64,000 nt of DNA, taken from NCBI GenBank assembly GCA_965204375.1, contig OZ241986.1:4992001-5056000 (forward strand). Reading direction: 5' to 3'. The stretch comes from Candidatus Latescibacterota bacterium (GTDB taxonomy: Bacteria > Latescibacterota > UBA2968). The notes under the pieces were generated by a model. It searched no databases and was not told where the DNA came from. It saw only the letters and a list, made by a program, of their open reading frames with translations. Each line of letters opens with the position of its first letter. The first letter of the stretch is position 1. Of the stretch, positions 38,063 through 48,537 are shown in pieces. The position numbers and the translations under genes are program-made.

Positions 38063-40960
38063 TTAAACGTCAATCCGCGTCGATTTACCGCCATGAACGC
38101 TCGGCTCGGCGCACCATTGGTCGCGCAAAATGGAGAGGGGTTCAAGAGTTGCTTCGGGCAGGCGCAACAGGTCCACCAGGACCGCACGGTCAAGAGCTTT
38201 CCGAGTTTCGTCCCGATACGCTTCGTTGGCTGGTAGAAACTCCGCTTCCTCGAATGCTTCAAAGATGTCCTCGGCTTGAGCGATCTGCTCCTCACTGAGG
38301 GAGCGTGGGTCCAACACCGTTAGACGAGGTAGTTGAGTGATTGTGAGAATCGCACGGCCCTGTTGCTGTCGAGATCCAATCCACCAGAAGGCGAGGAGGC
38401 CCAATGTTGTATTGGACCACAAGACCAGGGGTACGGTCCACTCGTCTTGTGCCGGGATAAAGTTAGGCCATGCTCGACCACCAATCGTTTTGGCTGGCGT
38501 GAGACAAGCAGTGAGGCTTTGCGAGTTGATCCGAAAATCGAGGTTGAAGTGTAGCCGTGAGGCAGTTGTGTTCCACACCTCAATAGCGTGAGCGTCACAG
38601 TCGGGGCGGACTTCTCCCTCGCTATCGGGGAGGACGACGAGGCTCCGTTCACGCTGGGCATCGTGGCCCCATAAAACCGGATACTGCGGCACGCCTTGAA
38701 TGGGGATGATTTCAAACGGTCCTCGCGGTGCTCCATTGGTAGTTCCGGAGATGTCGCGGTGAAGCAGACCTGTCTTGCCGATAGCTCCGAGGTGAATTGT
38801 GGAAAGTGGCGTGGAGTAGCCTTGGGGTAGCCGAAGCCTTCCTGCTTCCAGCCCAAGAGCGGTATCGGCGAGTGTGGTTTCACGGAGGGACGCACAACCG
38901 CCCTGGCTTAAAGGTGCCCGAATGTACGTGCCGATGGTCTGGTGATTTCCTACATTCAGCCGCCCTTGCCGATCTTGAGGTGAGAGGTGACTTACCGCCC
39001 GCGCTGTCTCAAAGGCTTCCGCGAGGTTGTGTGGCCGGTGATAGAGATTGACAAACAGCGTTTCCCCACATCCCTGTTGTCCACCGCGGCACTTGTTGGC
39101 CACCACGAGGGCTTCGGCCATGCCTGTATCGGCTGAAAAGGCTCGATCTGTCTGACCGTGCGCTGCAATAGTCAGCACGACCAAGTCCTTGTACTTGCTT
39201 TCCAGCAAGCGACGGGCGTCCTTCCAAGAACTACCGCTCACACACGCCGCTGGCAGGACCAGCGCGAGGACACCGCCGGGCTTAGTCTTGATGTGGGCGA
39301 GGTCAATGAAGTTGGACGCCAGCCCTGCGTTACCGTGGCCGACCGGATTGACTAACTGCCGACGGATCTGAGCTAGCCGTTTGGACATGGCCTGTTGTTC
39401 ATCTTCACTTGTACCCAACCCGGCAAAAGACGGTACTGGCACCTCGGCCTTCTCATGGTTGGTTGGTCGTGTGAAGGGGGGATTCATAATTACCAGATCA
39501 GCCGTTCCGGAGGGGAGGATCATGTCCTGGCTTCCCTCGGCTTCCACATCTGCACCCGTACCGCGTGCCACATGGATGCCTGTTCCAAACAGCGATGGTG
39601 CTGTGTCATCCTCAATGAGGTCGAGAGCACCCAGGGCCATGGTATGCCGCTTTTCTTGGCTCTGCTGTCCATAGGGCAAAGTGTGGACACGAGTGTTACC
39701 AAAGGTTGTGCCCGGATGAGTGCTCGATAGCATGGATGCGGTAAGATGCGTTGCGGCTGGCATGATGTCGGCAGCGATGAGGGCGTGTTCCATCATCTTA
39801 GTGTGCAGCACCTGATCGTCACCGCCAATTCGCCGATGACGCGAGGCCAAGGCACGGTACGCCGCCGAGAGCAGAGTGCCGGTTCCGCAGGCAAGGTCGG
39901 CGACCTGGAGACGGGTGAGGGCATCGGGGTTGGACCAATCCGTTACCGCGTCGAGGCGTGATACGGCCAACTCACCGAGTAGCGCAGCAGATGTCGGTAG
40001 CGTGTAGAATGTGGCGAGGAACTTCCGATCAGCAATAAGCCTCTGGAACATGCGCCCAGAGAGGTCGTGTAAGGTGGTAGCTCCTAAGCCAGCTAAATCA
40101 CTGGCTGCCTGAGCGAGACGATTGAGAACTACATGCGCGGTGCTGTCGGCGATAGGCAGGAGCAGGTCGGAGGCAATGCGGAAGATCGGATAGTAATTGA
40201 TATTGTCGAGGATATGCTGCCAGCAGGCGAGCAAGCGGCTTTTACTGACATCGTTGCGGCCAGGAATACGCAATTCGTCGATGGTTTCGATACCGTGCGC
40301 GTCAACAATAGCGGTGTGGAAGACGAGGGCGTTGGCGACAATGGCCATGGCCATACGCGAGGTTTGCTCACCATCTTCTTGATGGAGGGACTGCGCCATT
40401 CTCTCCAGCGCATGGATGCTGGCTGTTTCGCGTAGCTTGCCAGCGGCTTCGCCTATGCTCTGTTCCAGAATTTGCGTTCCCTCAGCAAGCAGCCGTTCAG
40501 ACAGTGCGACGTTTTCAATGCAGGCAGCAAGATCAGCAATACTACCGGTAAGCCAACCCTCAGACGGCCAGCGCACGACAGTATCCTTTTCTTGCAGTGA
40601 GAAGGTACAGTAACGGAACTCAGCGGTTTCGATTTGCCGCTTTAGGTCTCCCTGTGGCGCACGACTCAGTTCTTGTGGGACCTGGACAGCTATGGTCTGC
40701 TCTATCAAGTCGCCGTTGTACTCCAAGAATTTTCCCAAACGAGCCGTAGCATCTGCTTCGACGCTACGCGCTGGTATAAACTCTGTCTCGATAATGACTG
40801 GTACACCGCCTGGAGGACGAATGACAATATCCGGTTGCAGGACGGTCTCTCGGAGGACATCCCGTTGCTCCACACCGACGTGATCGCGCCAGCGTGGATG
40901 CTTGGTCTGTAGTACATCTAATAGCCGGACATTGAAGGCGATTTCGTTGGTTTTGGGCAT
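38063..40960 (-). CDS. type IIG-like fused restriction endonuclease / N6-adenine methyltransferase
   Basis: N-terminal QPDIVI...IIETE; FYTLP; DLACGTGTLL (motif I); IMNPPF (motif IV); C-terminal TRD-like region. Confidence 0.75.
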   Translation of the reverse strand: MPKTNEIAFNVRLLDVLQTKHPRWRDHVGVEQRDVLRETVLQPDIVIRPPGGVPVIIETEFIPARSVEADATARLGKFLEYNGDLIEQTIAVQVPQELSRAPQGDLKRQIETAEFRYCTFSLQEKDTVVRWPSEGWLTGSIADLAACIENVALSERLLAEGTQILEQSIGEAAGKLRETASIHALERMAQSLHQEDGEQTSRMAMAIVANALVFHTAIVDAHGIETIDELRIPGRNDVSKSRLLACWQHILDNINYYPIFRIASDLLLPIADSTAHVVLNRLAQAASDLAGLGATTLHDLSGRMFQRLIADRKFLATFYTLPTSAALLGELAVSRLDAVTDWSNPDALTRLQVADLACGTGTLLSAAYRALASRHRRIGGDDQVLHTKMMEHALIAADIMPAATHLTASMLSSTHPGTTFGNTRVHTLPYGQQSQEKRHTMALGALDLIEDDTAPSLFGTGIHVARGTGADVEAEGSQDMILPSGTADLVIMNPPFTRPTNHEKAEVPVPSFAGLGTSEDEQQAMSKRLAQIRRQLVNPVGHGNAGLASNFIDLAHIKTKPGGVLALVLPAACVSGSSWKDARRLLESKYKDLVVLTIAAHGQTDRAFSADTGMAEALVVANKCRGGQQGCGETLFVNLYHRPHNLAEAFETARAVSHLSPQDRQGRLNVGNHQTIGTYIRAPLSQGGCASLRETTLADTALGLEAGRLRLPQGYSTPLSTIHLGAIGKTGLLHRDISGTTNGAPRGPFEIIPIQGVPQYPVLWGHDAQRERSLVVLPDSEGEVRPDCDAHAIEVWNTTASRLHFNLDFRINSQSLTACLTPAKTIGGRAWPNFIPAQDEWTVPLVLWSNTTLGLLAFWWIGSRQQQGRAILTITQLPRLTVLDPRSLSEEQIAQAEDIFEAFEEAEFLPANEAYRDETRKALDRAVLVDLLRLPEATLEPLSILRDQWCAEPSVHGGKSTRIDV

Positions 40961-41078
40961 CTTTTTTCTCTTTTTATTGCAAAGTCTATTCCGTTGAGGG
41001 AGTTGTGGTTATTGGGCATTGAAAATTGCAACATCCTATATTAAACCGTTTCATCCACCGCCTGTGCCGCCCTTTGGA

Positions 41079-41246
41079 TTACGCGGTCTCCAAAAAGTTA
41101 AGGCCAGAGGCATGTTGACCTCCGGCCAGAATTTCATCTATTACAGCGGATGGTGCAATAACTCGAGAATACAATCTGGGCAATAGATTGAGTCGGTTCA
41201 CACCAGCCAACGCAATGAGTGGACTGGAATCTGCGATTAGAAACAC
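41079..41246 (-). pseudogene. truncated DUF3368 (PIN-like) protein
   Basis: IADSSPLIAL...LLPRLY..VIAPSAVIDE, stop after only 55 aa. Confidence 0.6.
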
Positions 41247-41247
41247 G

Positions 41248-41499
41248 TCATTTATAACCAAATTCTGTATCGAGTTGATCATCATCCAGATCAACAACAG
41301 AGATATTCAATGCACTGACCTTTGTGAGAAACTCGGGCTTGCTTAAACTGGATAACTCCGCTGCTTTTCCAGCAGAAATCCGGCGGAGTTCAAAAAATTT
41401 CAACGCCAATAGAAAGCGTGCTTCTCGTTCAAAGACTTCGGGTTCTTGCCCGGTGATCAAGAGCAGGTCTTCAGAATATGGGATATTTAATGTTTTCAT
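41248..41499 (-). CDS. UPF0175 family protein (putative antitoxin)
   Basis: LALKFFELRRISAGKAAELSSLSKPEF; paired with the DUF3368 gene. Confidence 0.8.
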   Translation of the reverse strand: MKTLNIPYSEDLLLITGQEPEVFEREARFLLALKFFELRRISAGKAAELSSLSKPEFLTKVSALNISVVDLDDDQLDTEFGYK

Positions 41500-41547
41500 A
41501 TTTTACCCCATCAGAGTGCGGGTAGAATCAAAGCTCAGCAAAAAAAT

Positions 41548-41621
41548 TGGTTGCCCCCCAGGGATTCGAACCCCGATTCTACGGTCCAGAGCCGCATGTC
41601 TTGCCATTAGACGAGGGGGCA
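41548..41621 (-). tRNA. tRNA-Gln(CTG)
   Basis: TGCCCCC acceptor, anticodon loop CTCTGGA, GGTTCGAATCC, encoded CCA. Confidence 0.95.
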
Positions 41622-41658
41622 AAAATATATAATTAAAGTTTCGGAATAGCACGCACCA

Positions 41659-43080
41659 TTATGAACCCAAAACCTCCAGTGCCTTTTTCAGCCGGCGAAT
41701 ACAGGTTTCCCGCCCGAGCACAGCCATCAGTTCAAACAACCCCGGTCCAAACCCAACGCCGCAAAGCGCGAGCCGCGTGGGATGAATGAGCCTGGAAGCC
41801 GAAATCCCCAATTCACCAGATAGTGTGCGCGTCACACCCTCGATATCGCCTTCACCAAACGAATCCAAATCCTGCAAGCGTTCAATCATCAACTGAACGC
41901 GCTCGGGGGTATCCGTCTTCCAGTTCTTCTTAGCCGTCTTTGCATCATACGCCTCCGGATCCACAAAAAAATAACCCGTATGCTTCAAATCCTGAAGCGT
42001 ATGCAACCGCGGCTGCAACAACGCCGCAATCTTCATCAACTCATCCCGCCGCTCAGAAGCCTCTGCCTCCGTAAGCCACCCCTCCGCAACCCAAATCGGT
42101 ATCGCATCATCCAGAACCGCATCCACCGGACGAAGACGCATATGCTCGCCATTGAGCCAGACCAACTTCTTCTCATCAAAAATCGCATCTCGCTTGAGCA
42201 ACCCCGCAACAGAAAACGCCCCGGTCAGTTCATCTTGCGCAAACACTTCGCGCTCATCCCCGGGTGCCCATCCCAACAGCGCGAGATAATTGAACATCGC
42301 ATCCGACAAAAACCCCCGCTCACGATACTCCGAAATCGTCGTCGCGCCGTGACGCTTGGACAACTTGCTGCCATCGGGACCCAAAATCAGCGTCGAATGT
42401 CCATACTCCGGCACCATCCACGAAAGCGCCTCAAACAGCATAATCTGCTTCGGTGTATTCGACAAATGATCCGCAGACCGCAACACCAGATTCACGCCCA
42501 TATCGTGATCATCCACCACCACCGCGAGATTGTAAACAGGCGAACCATCGGGCCGCAACAAAACAAAATCTTCCACCTCAGCATTATCCCAACGCTGCAC
42601 ACCCCGAATGCGATCGTGCCAGACCGTCTCACCCGCAGGCACCTTAAACCGCACGACCTTTGGCCGTTCCTCGGCCTCATAAGCCGCCTGCTGTTCGGGC
42701 GTCAAATCCCGATTATAGCGTACGCGCCGCTTCTCTATCTGCGCCTGCCTGCGCATCGCATCGAGTTCTTCGGCAGTCTCATAGCCGTAATACGCATGAC
42801 CCGTCTCCACCAGACGCTCCGCGGCCTGCTTATGCGCCTCGGCATTGCGCGACTGAAACACTGGCTCGGCGTCAAAATCAACACCGAGCCAGTTCAAACC
42901 GTCCAGAATCGTCTGAAGCGACGACTCTGTAAAACGCTCTCGATCTGTATCTTCCACGCGCAACAGCAACTTTGCCTTATAGTGCTTCGCGTAAAGATGA
43001 TTAAAAATCGCCGTTCGCGCATTCCCCACGTGAAACCCACCAGTGGGAGACGGCGCAAAACGCAAAACCGTGTCTGACAT
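41659..43080 (-). CDS. gltX: glutamate--tRNA ligase
   Basis: RFAPSPTG.FHVGNARTA, LRVEDTD, KLSKRHG. Confidence 0.96.
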   Translation of the reverse strand: MSDTVLRFAPSPTGGFHVGNARTAIFNHLYAKHYKAKLLLRVEDTDRERFTESSLQTILDGLNWLGVDFDAEPVFQSRNAEAHKQAAERLVETGHAYYGYETAEELDAMRRQAQIEKRRVRYNRDLTPEQQAAYEAEERPKVVRFKVPAGETVWHDRIRGVQRWDNAEVEDFVLLRPDGSPVYNLAVVVDDHDMGVNLVLRSADHLSNTPKQIMLFEALSWMVPEYGHSTLILGPDGSKLSKRHGATTISEYRERGFLSDAMFNYLALLGWAPGDEREVFAQDELTGAFSVAGLLKRDAIFDEKKLVWLNGEHMRLRPVDAVLDDAIPIWVAEGWLTEAEASERRDELMKIAALLQPRLHTLQDLKHTGYFFVDPEAYDAKTAKKNWKTDTPERVQLMIERLQDLDSFGEGDIEGVTRTLSGELGISASRLIHPTRLALCGVGFGPGLFELMAVLGRETCIRRLKKALEVLGS

Positions 43081-43113
43081 CTAAAATAACCTATTAATTA
43101 ACCGCTTATTTTT

Positions 43114-43205
<92 letters not shown>

Positions 43206-43253
43206 GCTCTAAAAAAGAACCACCGAAAAGTAACAAAGGACGTGTGTAAATGC

Positions 43254-43338
43254 AAGTTAGAAGTGAGAAGTAAGAAGTGAGAAACCCCGCCCAACCGCCC
43301 AAAGGCGGGTGCTTCTTCACCCTTCATCCTTCACACTT
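43254..43338. repeat. composite heptamer element (AGAAGTR)n-core-(CTTCACA)n, copy A
   Basis: Core CCCGCCCAACCGCCCAAAGGCGGGTGCTTCTTCAC shared with 48518-48704. Confidence 0.75.
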
Positions 43339-43342
43339 AATA

Positions 43343-43430
43343 TGGCGGTGGGGGTGGGATTCGAACCCACGGACCCGCGAGGGTCAACGGTTTTCAAGAC
43401 CGCCCGATTCGACCGCTCTCGCACCCCACC
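43343..43430 (-). tRNA. tRNA-Ser(TGA)
   Basis: GGTGGGG acceptor, anticodon loop CTTGAAA, long variable arm, GCCA end. Confidence 0.95.
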
Positions 43431-43443
43431 ACATCGCCCGAAA

Positions 43444-43472
43444 AGTATAGACAAGCGCCCCATCTGTGTCAA
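43444..43472 (-). promoter_or_regulatory. sigma70 promoter of the tRNA-Ser/tRNA-Ser/gltX/tRNA-Gln unit
   Basis: Minus strand TTGACA-17-TATACT. Confidence 0.75.
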
Positions 43473-43624
43473 GCGGTTTGTATCAACTCATCGCAACCAC
43501 ACTTAAATTCTGTTTTTCTTTTATTTATCAATCAAACATCCAATAATCTCCGCTGCTTACATCCGCCAAAAAAGGGTTTGCGTTGCCCGTGCCCTTCCTG
43601 TATTTTTAGGCACAAACTTGTAAC

Positions 43625-45244
43625 ATGACCCAGAAAATCTCACACCGCGCGTACGACCTCGCATCCTCCCCTATGATTGAGCTTATCACCGGCTCCCAGA
43701 TGGCATCCATTGACCGTCGGGCAATTGACAGTGGTGTGCCGGGCATAGAACTCATGGAAGCCGCAGGTCAGGGTGTAACCCGGGTAGTAGAAAACCTGTT
43801 GGGCGAACTCCAAAACCGGCACATCGTCATCCTGTGTGGCAAAGGCAACAATGGTGGCGACGGTTTTGTCGTTGCCAGACAAGCTGCCCAAAGCGGTGCA
43901 AAAGTCCAGGTATTCACAGCCACATCCGCCCGGGAAATAACAGGCGATGCAAAAACCAACCTCGACCGACTGTCTCCGGACATCGTGCAGCCGGTTGATC
44001 GCATCGCAACAGTACAAAACGCGTTGACCAATGCCGACATCGCCGTTGACGCGCTTTTAGGCACGGGTATTCAAGGACCTCCTCGCGGCATATACGCCGA
44101 ACTTATAGACGCACTCACCCGCGCCAAATGCCCCATCGTCGCCGTGGATATACCCTCTGGACTCGACGCCGATACGGGCCAAATCGAAGGACCCTGTGCA
44201 ACCGCAACGTGCACGGTCACATTTGCACTGCCCCGCATTGGACACTTCTTCTATCCCGGACGCGCCCGGTGCGGCAAATTGCACCTCATCGACATCGGGA
44301 TACCCCCCTCGGCGATTGAGCGCGAACGCATCAGTACCTACCTGATCGACAACCGCCGCTGCGCTCACCTGCTCCCCCAACGGGAACCCGACGCACACAA
44401 AGGAGATTGCGGCAGAGTATATATCCTCGCCGGATCTGTGGGACTCACAGGCGCGGCGGCACTCTCGGCAAACGCGGCACTCAAAGGAGGCGCGGGCCTC
44501 GTCACACTCGGCGTACCCAAAAGCCTCAACGACATACTCGAAACCAAAGTCACAGAAGCAATGACCCACCCGTTACCCGAAGTCAAAAAAGTCAGATGCC
44601 TGTCCCTGCGCGCCCGGGGCGAAATACAACGCGCCTGTCGCACAGCAGACAGCATGGCCATTGGACCGGGCTTAGGGACCCATCGAGAAACCGTCGAACT
44701 CATCCGCCGCCTCGTGCGCGACTGCGTTTGTCCCGCAGTCATCGACGCCGACGCCCTCAATGCCCTCGCCGGAGACCTCGATGTGATCCGTGCCTGTGAA
44801 ACATCCCTGGTACTCACCCCGCACATCGGGGAATTTGCGCGCCTGACCGGATACAGCATTGCCGAAATACAACGCGACCCCATAGTACGCGCCATAGAAT
44901 TTGCCTCCGATGTCGGAGCTACCATCGTCCTGAAAGGCGCGCCAACCATCGTCGCAACGCCAGAAGGCGAAACGCACATCAACCCGACCGGCAACCCGGG
45001 AATGGCCACCGGCGGCACAGGAGACGTACTCACGGGCCTACTGGCCGCACTCATCGGTCAGGGACTCAACACCTCAGACGCCGCATGCACAGCTGTCTAT
45101 CTCCACGGCCTTGCCGCTGACATCGCAGAGAAAAAAACGGGACACATAAGCCTCATCGCCAGTGACATCATCGAAAACTTTGCCGCTGCTATACATCAGA
45201 TACGCAGCAGCACAGGCTGTTTTGATTTGCACCTTACCACCTGA
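43625..45244 (+). CDS. nnr: bifunctional NAD(P)H-hydrate epimerase/dehydratase (start may be 43673)
   Basis: LMEAAG, CGKGNNGGDG, DALLGTG, HKGDCG, IGPGLG, DADAL, TPHIGEF, GGTGDVL. Confidence 0.93.
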   Translation: MTQKISHRAYDLASSPMIELITGSQMASIDRRAIDSGVPGIELMEAAGQGVTRVVENLLGELQNRHIVILCGKGNNGGDGFVVARQAAQSGAKVQVFTATSAREITGDAKTNLDRLSPDIVQPVDRIATVQNALTNADIAVDALLGTGIQGPPRGIYAELIDALTRAKCPIVAVDIPSGLDADTGQIEGPCATATCTVTFALPRIGHFFYPGRARCGKLHLIDIGIPPSAIERERISTYLIDNRRCAHLLPQREPDAHKGDCGRVYILAGSVGLTGAAALSANAALKGGAGLVTLGVPKSLNDILETKVTEAMTHPLPEVKKVRCLSLRARGEIQRACRTADSMAIGPGLGTHRETVELIRRLVRDCVCPAVIDADALNALAGDLDVIRACETSLVLTPHIGEFARLTGYSIAEIQRDPIVRAIEFASDVGATIVLKGAPTIVATPEGETHINPTGNPGMATGGTGDVLTGLLAALIGQGLNTSDAACTAVYLHGLAADIAEKKTGHISLIASDIIENFAAAIHQIRSSTGCFDLHLTT

Positions 45245-45262
45245 TTTTGGACCCTATTCCCA

Positions 45263-46711
45263 ATGCCCAAGCGAACCGACCTCAAAAAAATAATGCTCAT
45301 CGGCTCTGGTCCCATCGTCATCGGACAAGCCTGTGAATTTGACTACTCCGGCACGCAAGCCTGCAAAGCCCTCAAAGAAGAGGGATACGAAGTCGTACTG
45401 GTCAACAGCAACCCCGCCACCATCATGACCGACCCCGAAATGGCTGACCAGACTTATGTCGAACCCGTCACACCCGAAGTATGCGCGGCAATCATCGAAA
45501 AAGAACACCCGGATGCCCTCCTCCCAACCCTGGGCGGACAAACGGGCCTCAACACCGCCATGGCCCTGCACGAACAGGGAACACTCGAAAAATTCAATGT
45601 CGAAATGATCGGCGCAAAACCACACGCCATTGAAAAAGCGGAAAACCGCGAAGCCTTTCAAAAAGCCATGAATAAAATTGGCCTCGACTTTCCCAAAGGC
45701 CGATTCGCCTACACCCTCAAAGAAGCACTCGACATCACGGCTGAAATCGGATTTCCCGCCATCATCCGCCCATCCTACACCCTGGGCGGCACAGGCGCTG
45801 GCACCGCGTACAACATCGAAGAATTCAGACACGCTGCTGCACACGGACTAAGCCTATCGCCCACCTCTGAGATCCTCGTAGAAGAATCCATCATCGGCTG
45901 GAAAGAATTCGAGCTCGAAGTCATGCGCGACCAAAACGACAATGTCGTCATCATCTGCTCCATAGAAAACTTCGACCCCATGGGCGTACACACGGGCGAC
46001 TCTATCACCGTGGCACCGGCGCAAACGCTTACCGACAAAGAATATCAGGAAATGCGCGATGACGCCATCGCCTGCATCCGCGAAATCGGCGTGGAAACCG
46101 GCGGCTCCAACATCCAATTTGCTGTAGATCCCAACACGGGCCGGCGCGTCGTCATAGAAATGAACCCCCGCGTATCCCGCAGTTCTGCACTCGCCTCAAA
46201 AGCCACGGGCTTTCCCATAGCCAAGATAGCCGCCAAGCTCGCCATTGGATACACCCTGGACGAAATACAAAACGACATCACGCGCGAAACACCCGCCTCT
46301 TTTGAACCCACCATCGACTATTGCGTCATCAAAATCCCGCGCTGGACATTTGAAAAATTTCCCCAAACCGCTGATCTGTTGGGCACACAAATGAAATCAG
46401 TAGGTGAAACCATGGCCATAGGTCGAACGTTTAAAGAAGCATTGCAAAAAGGCTTGCGCTCTCTCGAAACTGGGCGCGCGGGATTTGGCGCCGACGGCAA
46501 AGACATCCATCCCAACACCCTCTCGCGCGAAGCCCTCGAACGCGGCCTGCGCGAACCCAACTCGCAGCGATTGGCCTATCTCAAAACGGCTTATGACGCG
46601 GGACTATCCGTACAGGAAATTTTTGACGCAACCAAAATTGACCCCTGGTTTCTCGACAACATGCGACAACTCGTCGAAGTAGAAAAAGAACTCGCCGCCC
46701 TGATGGACTAA
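45263..46711 (+). CDS. carB: carbamoyl-phosphate synthase large subunit, N-terminal half
   Basis: [49 protein letters not shown]. Confidence 0.9.
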   Translation: MPKRTDLKKIMLIGSGPIVIGQACEFDYSGTQACKALKEEGYEVVLVNSNPATIMTDPEMADQTYVEPVTPEVCAAIIEKEHPDALLPTLGGQTGLNTAMALHEQGTLEKFNVEMIGAKPHAIEKAENREAFQKAMNKIGLDFPKGRFAYTLKEALDITAEIGFPAIIRPSYTLGGTGAGTAYNIEEFRHAAAHGLSLSPTSEILVEESIIGWKEFELEVMRDQNDNVVIICSIENFDPMGVHTGDSITVAPAQTLTDKEYQEMRDDAIACIREIGVETGGSNIQFAVDPNTGRRVVIEMNPRVSRSSALASKATGFPIAKIAAKLAIGYTLDEIQNDITRETPASFEPTIDYCVIKIPRWTFEKFPQTADLLGTQMKSVGETMAIGRTFKEALQKGLRSLETGRAGFGADGKDIHPNTLSREALERGLREPNSQRLAYLKTAYDAGLSVQEIFDATKIDPWFLDNMRQLVEVEKELAALMD

Positions 46712-46713
46712 CC

Positions 46714-48537
46714 ATGACAAAACAGCACACACTCAACGACTTAAAATCGCGCATCACGCGCGCAGACCTGCTCAAAGCCAAACGATATGGCTTTTCCGAC
46801 CGCCAACTGGCACACCTGTGGCGCAGTGACGAATGGGCTGTTCGCGCCCTGCGAAAAGAACTCGGCGTCGCACCCGTATTCAAAACCGTAGATACCTGCG
46901 CGGCCGAGTTTGAAGCCTATACACCGTATCACTATTCGACTTATGAGACAGACAACGAAGCCATCCGATCCGACCGCCAAAAAATCATGATCCTGGGCGG
47001 CGGTCCCAATCGCATTGGACAGGGTATTGAATTCGACTATTGTTGTTGCCACGCCTCCTATGCCCTCAAAGAAGACGGATTTGAGACCATCATGGTCAAC
47101 TCCAACCCCGAAACTGTCTCCACCGACTACGACACATCCGACAAACTCTACTTTGAACCGCTCACTGCCGAAGACGTACTCAGCATTGCCGACGTTGAAC
47201 AACCCGACGGCGTCATCGTTCAATTCGGCGGACAAACACCGCTCAACCTCGCGCGCGACCTCGAACGCGGGGGCCTCAACATCGCCGGCACATCGCCCGA
47301 CGCCATCGACCTGGCCGAAGACCGCAAGCGCTTTGGCGCACTCATCAAAGAACTGGGCATACGACAACCCGAAAACGGCACCGCAGTAAGCACCGACGAA
47401 GCAATCGCCATAGCCGAACAAATCGGATATCCGGTCCTCGTGCGCCCCTCTTACGTACTCGGTGGCCGCGCAATGGCAATCGTATATGACCGCGAAGCCC
47501 TCATCGCCTATATGCGCAATGCCATAGAAGCCTCTCCCGAGCGGCCCATCCTCATCGACCGATTTTTAGAAGACGCACACGAATTTGACGTCGATGCCGT
47601 AGCAGATCCAACAGCAGTCGTCATCGGCGGCATCATGCAACACATCGAAAGTGCGGGCGTACACTCTGGCGACAGCGCCTGCGTCTTGCCCCCTTATCAG
47701 ATCTCCAACACCAACCTCAATGAACTGCGAAATCACACCCACGCCCTGGCCAGAGCACTCAATGTCGTTGGCCTCATGAACATTCAGTTTGCCATTCAAG
47801 GCGAAGACGTATTTATTATAGAAGTCAACCCCAGAGCATCGCGCACAGTGCCCTTTGTCAGCAAAGCCATTGGCGTGCCCCTTGCCAAAGTCGCTGTCCG
47901 CGCAATGGTCGGGCGCACACTTGTAGAACAGGACTTTACCCGGGAAGTACCCATCAACCACATTGCCGTCAAAGAAGCCGTCTTGCCCTTTAACAAATTT
48001 CCCGGCGTTGACACCGTTCTCGGTCCCGAAATGAAATCCACCGGCGAAGTCATGGGCATAGACACCGACTTTGGCCTCAGCTTCCAAAAAGCGCAACTCG
48101 GCGCAGGTGTGCGCTTGCCCCAGGAGGGAACCGTATTTTTAAGCGTCAATGACCTCGACAAAGAAGGACTTGTACCCATTGCCCAACAACTATCCGACAT
48201 GGACTTTCGCCTCATTGCCACAGGGGGAACCTGCGCATTTCTAAAAAGTCACAACATCGCCTGTAATCGGATCTTCAAAATTCAGGAAGGGCGCCCAAAC
48301 ATCCTCGACGCCATCAAAAATGGCGAAATATCTCTCATGATCAACACGCCCGCAGGAGAACAATCCCAGGCCGCCGACCCTGAAATCCGCAAAGCCGCCG
48401 TTCAATACGGCCTGCCCTACACAACCACCTTATCGGGAGCCGCCGCCGCTGTTGCCGGCATCCAATCGCTCAAAAACAACAGCGCAATTCGCATCCGTTC
48501 ACTCCAGGACTTTCATAAAGTAAGAAGTAAGAAGTGA
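46714..48537 (+). CDS. carB: carbamoyl-phosphate synthase large subunit, C-terminal half
   Basis: GFSDRQLA, VDTCAAEF, GGGPNRIGQGIEFDY, EVNPRASRT, MGS domain. Confidence 0.9.
   Translation: MTKQHTLNDLKSRITRADLLKAKRYGFSDRQLAHLWRSDEWAVRALRKELGVAPVFKTVDTCAAEFEAYTPYHYSTYETDNEAIRSDRQKIMILGGGPNRIGQGIEFDYCCCHASYALKEDGFETIMVNSNPETVSTDYDTSDKLYFEPLTAEDVLSIADVEQPDGVIVQFGGQTPLNLARDLERGGLNIAGTSPDAIDLAEDRKRFGALIKELGIRQPENGTAVSTDEAIAIAEQIGYPVLVRPSYVLGGRAMAIVYDREALIAYMRNAIEASPERPILIDRFLEDAHEFDVDAVADPTAVVIGGIMQHIESAGVHSGDSACVLPPYQISNTNLNELRNHTHALARALNVVGLMNIQFAIQGEDVFIIEVNPRASRTVPFVSKAIGVPLAKVAVRAMVGRTLVEQDFTREVPINHIAVKEAVLPFNKFPGVDTVLGPEMKSTGEVMGIDTDFGLSFQKAQLGAGVRLPQEGTVFLSVNDLDKEGLVPIAQQLSDMDFRLIATGGTCAFLKSHNIACNRIFKIQEGRPNILDAIKNGEISLMINTPAGEQSQAADPEIRKAAVQYGLPYTTTLSGAAAAVAGIQSLKNNSAIRIRSLQDFHKVRSKK

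Larger units (their letters stand above)
37985..41556. mobile_element. integrated islet at tRNA-Gln 3' end bounded by 17-bp direct repeats
   Basis: AAAAAAATTGGTTGCCC at 37985-38001 and 41540-41556 (overlaps the tRNA CCA end); no integrase inside. Confidence 0.6.

Noticed and set aside
41980-43077. 365-aa + strand ORF
   Set aside because: Antisense shadow of gltX with no recognisable motifs
43343-43430. Selenocysteine tRNA
   Set aside because: Anticodon reads TGA (Ser), not TCA; normal 7-bp acceptor stem
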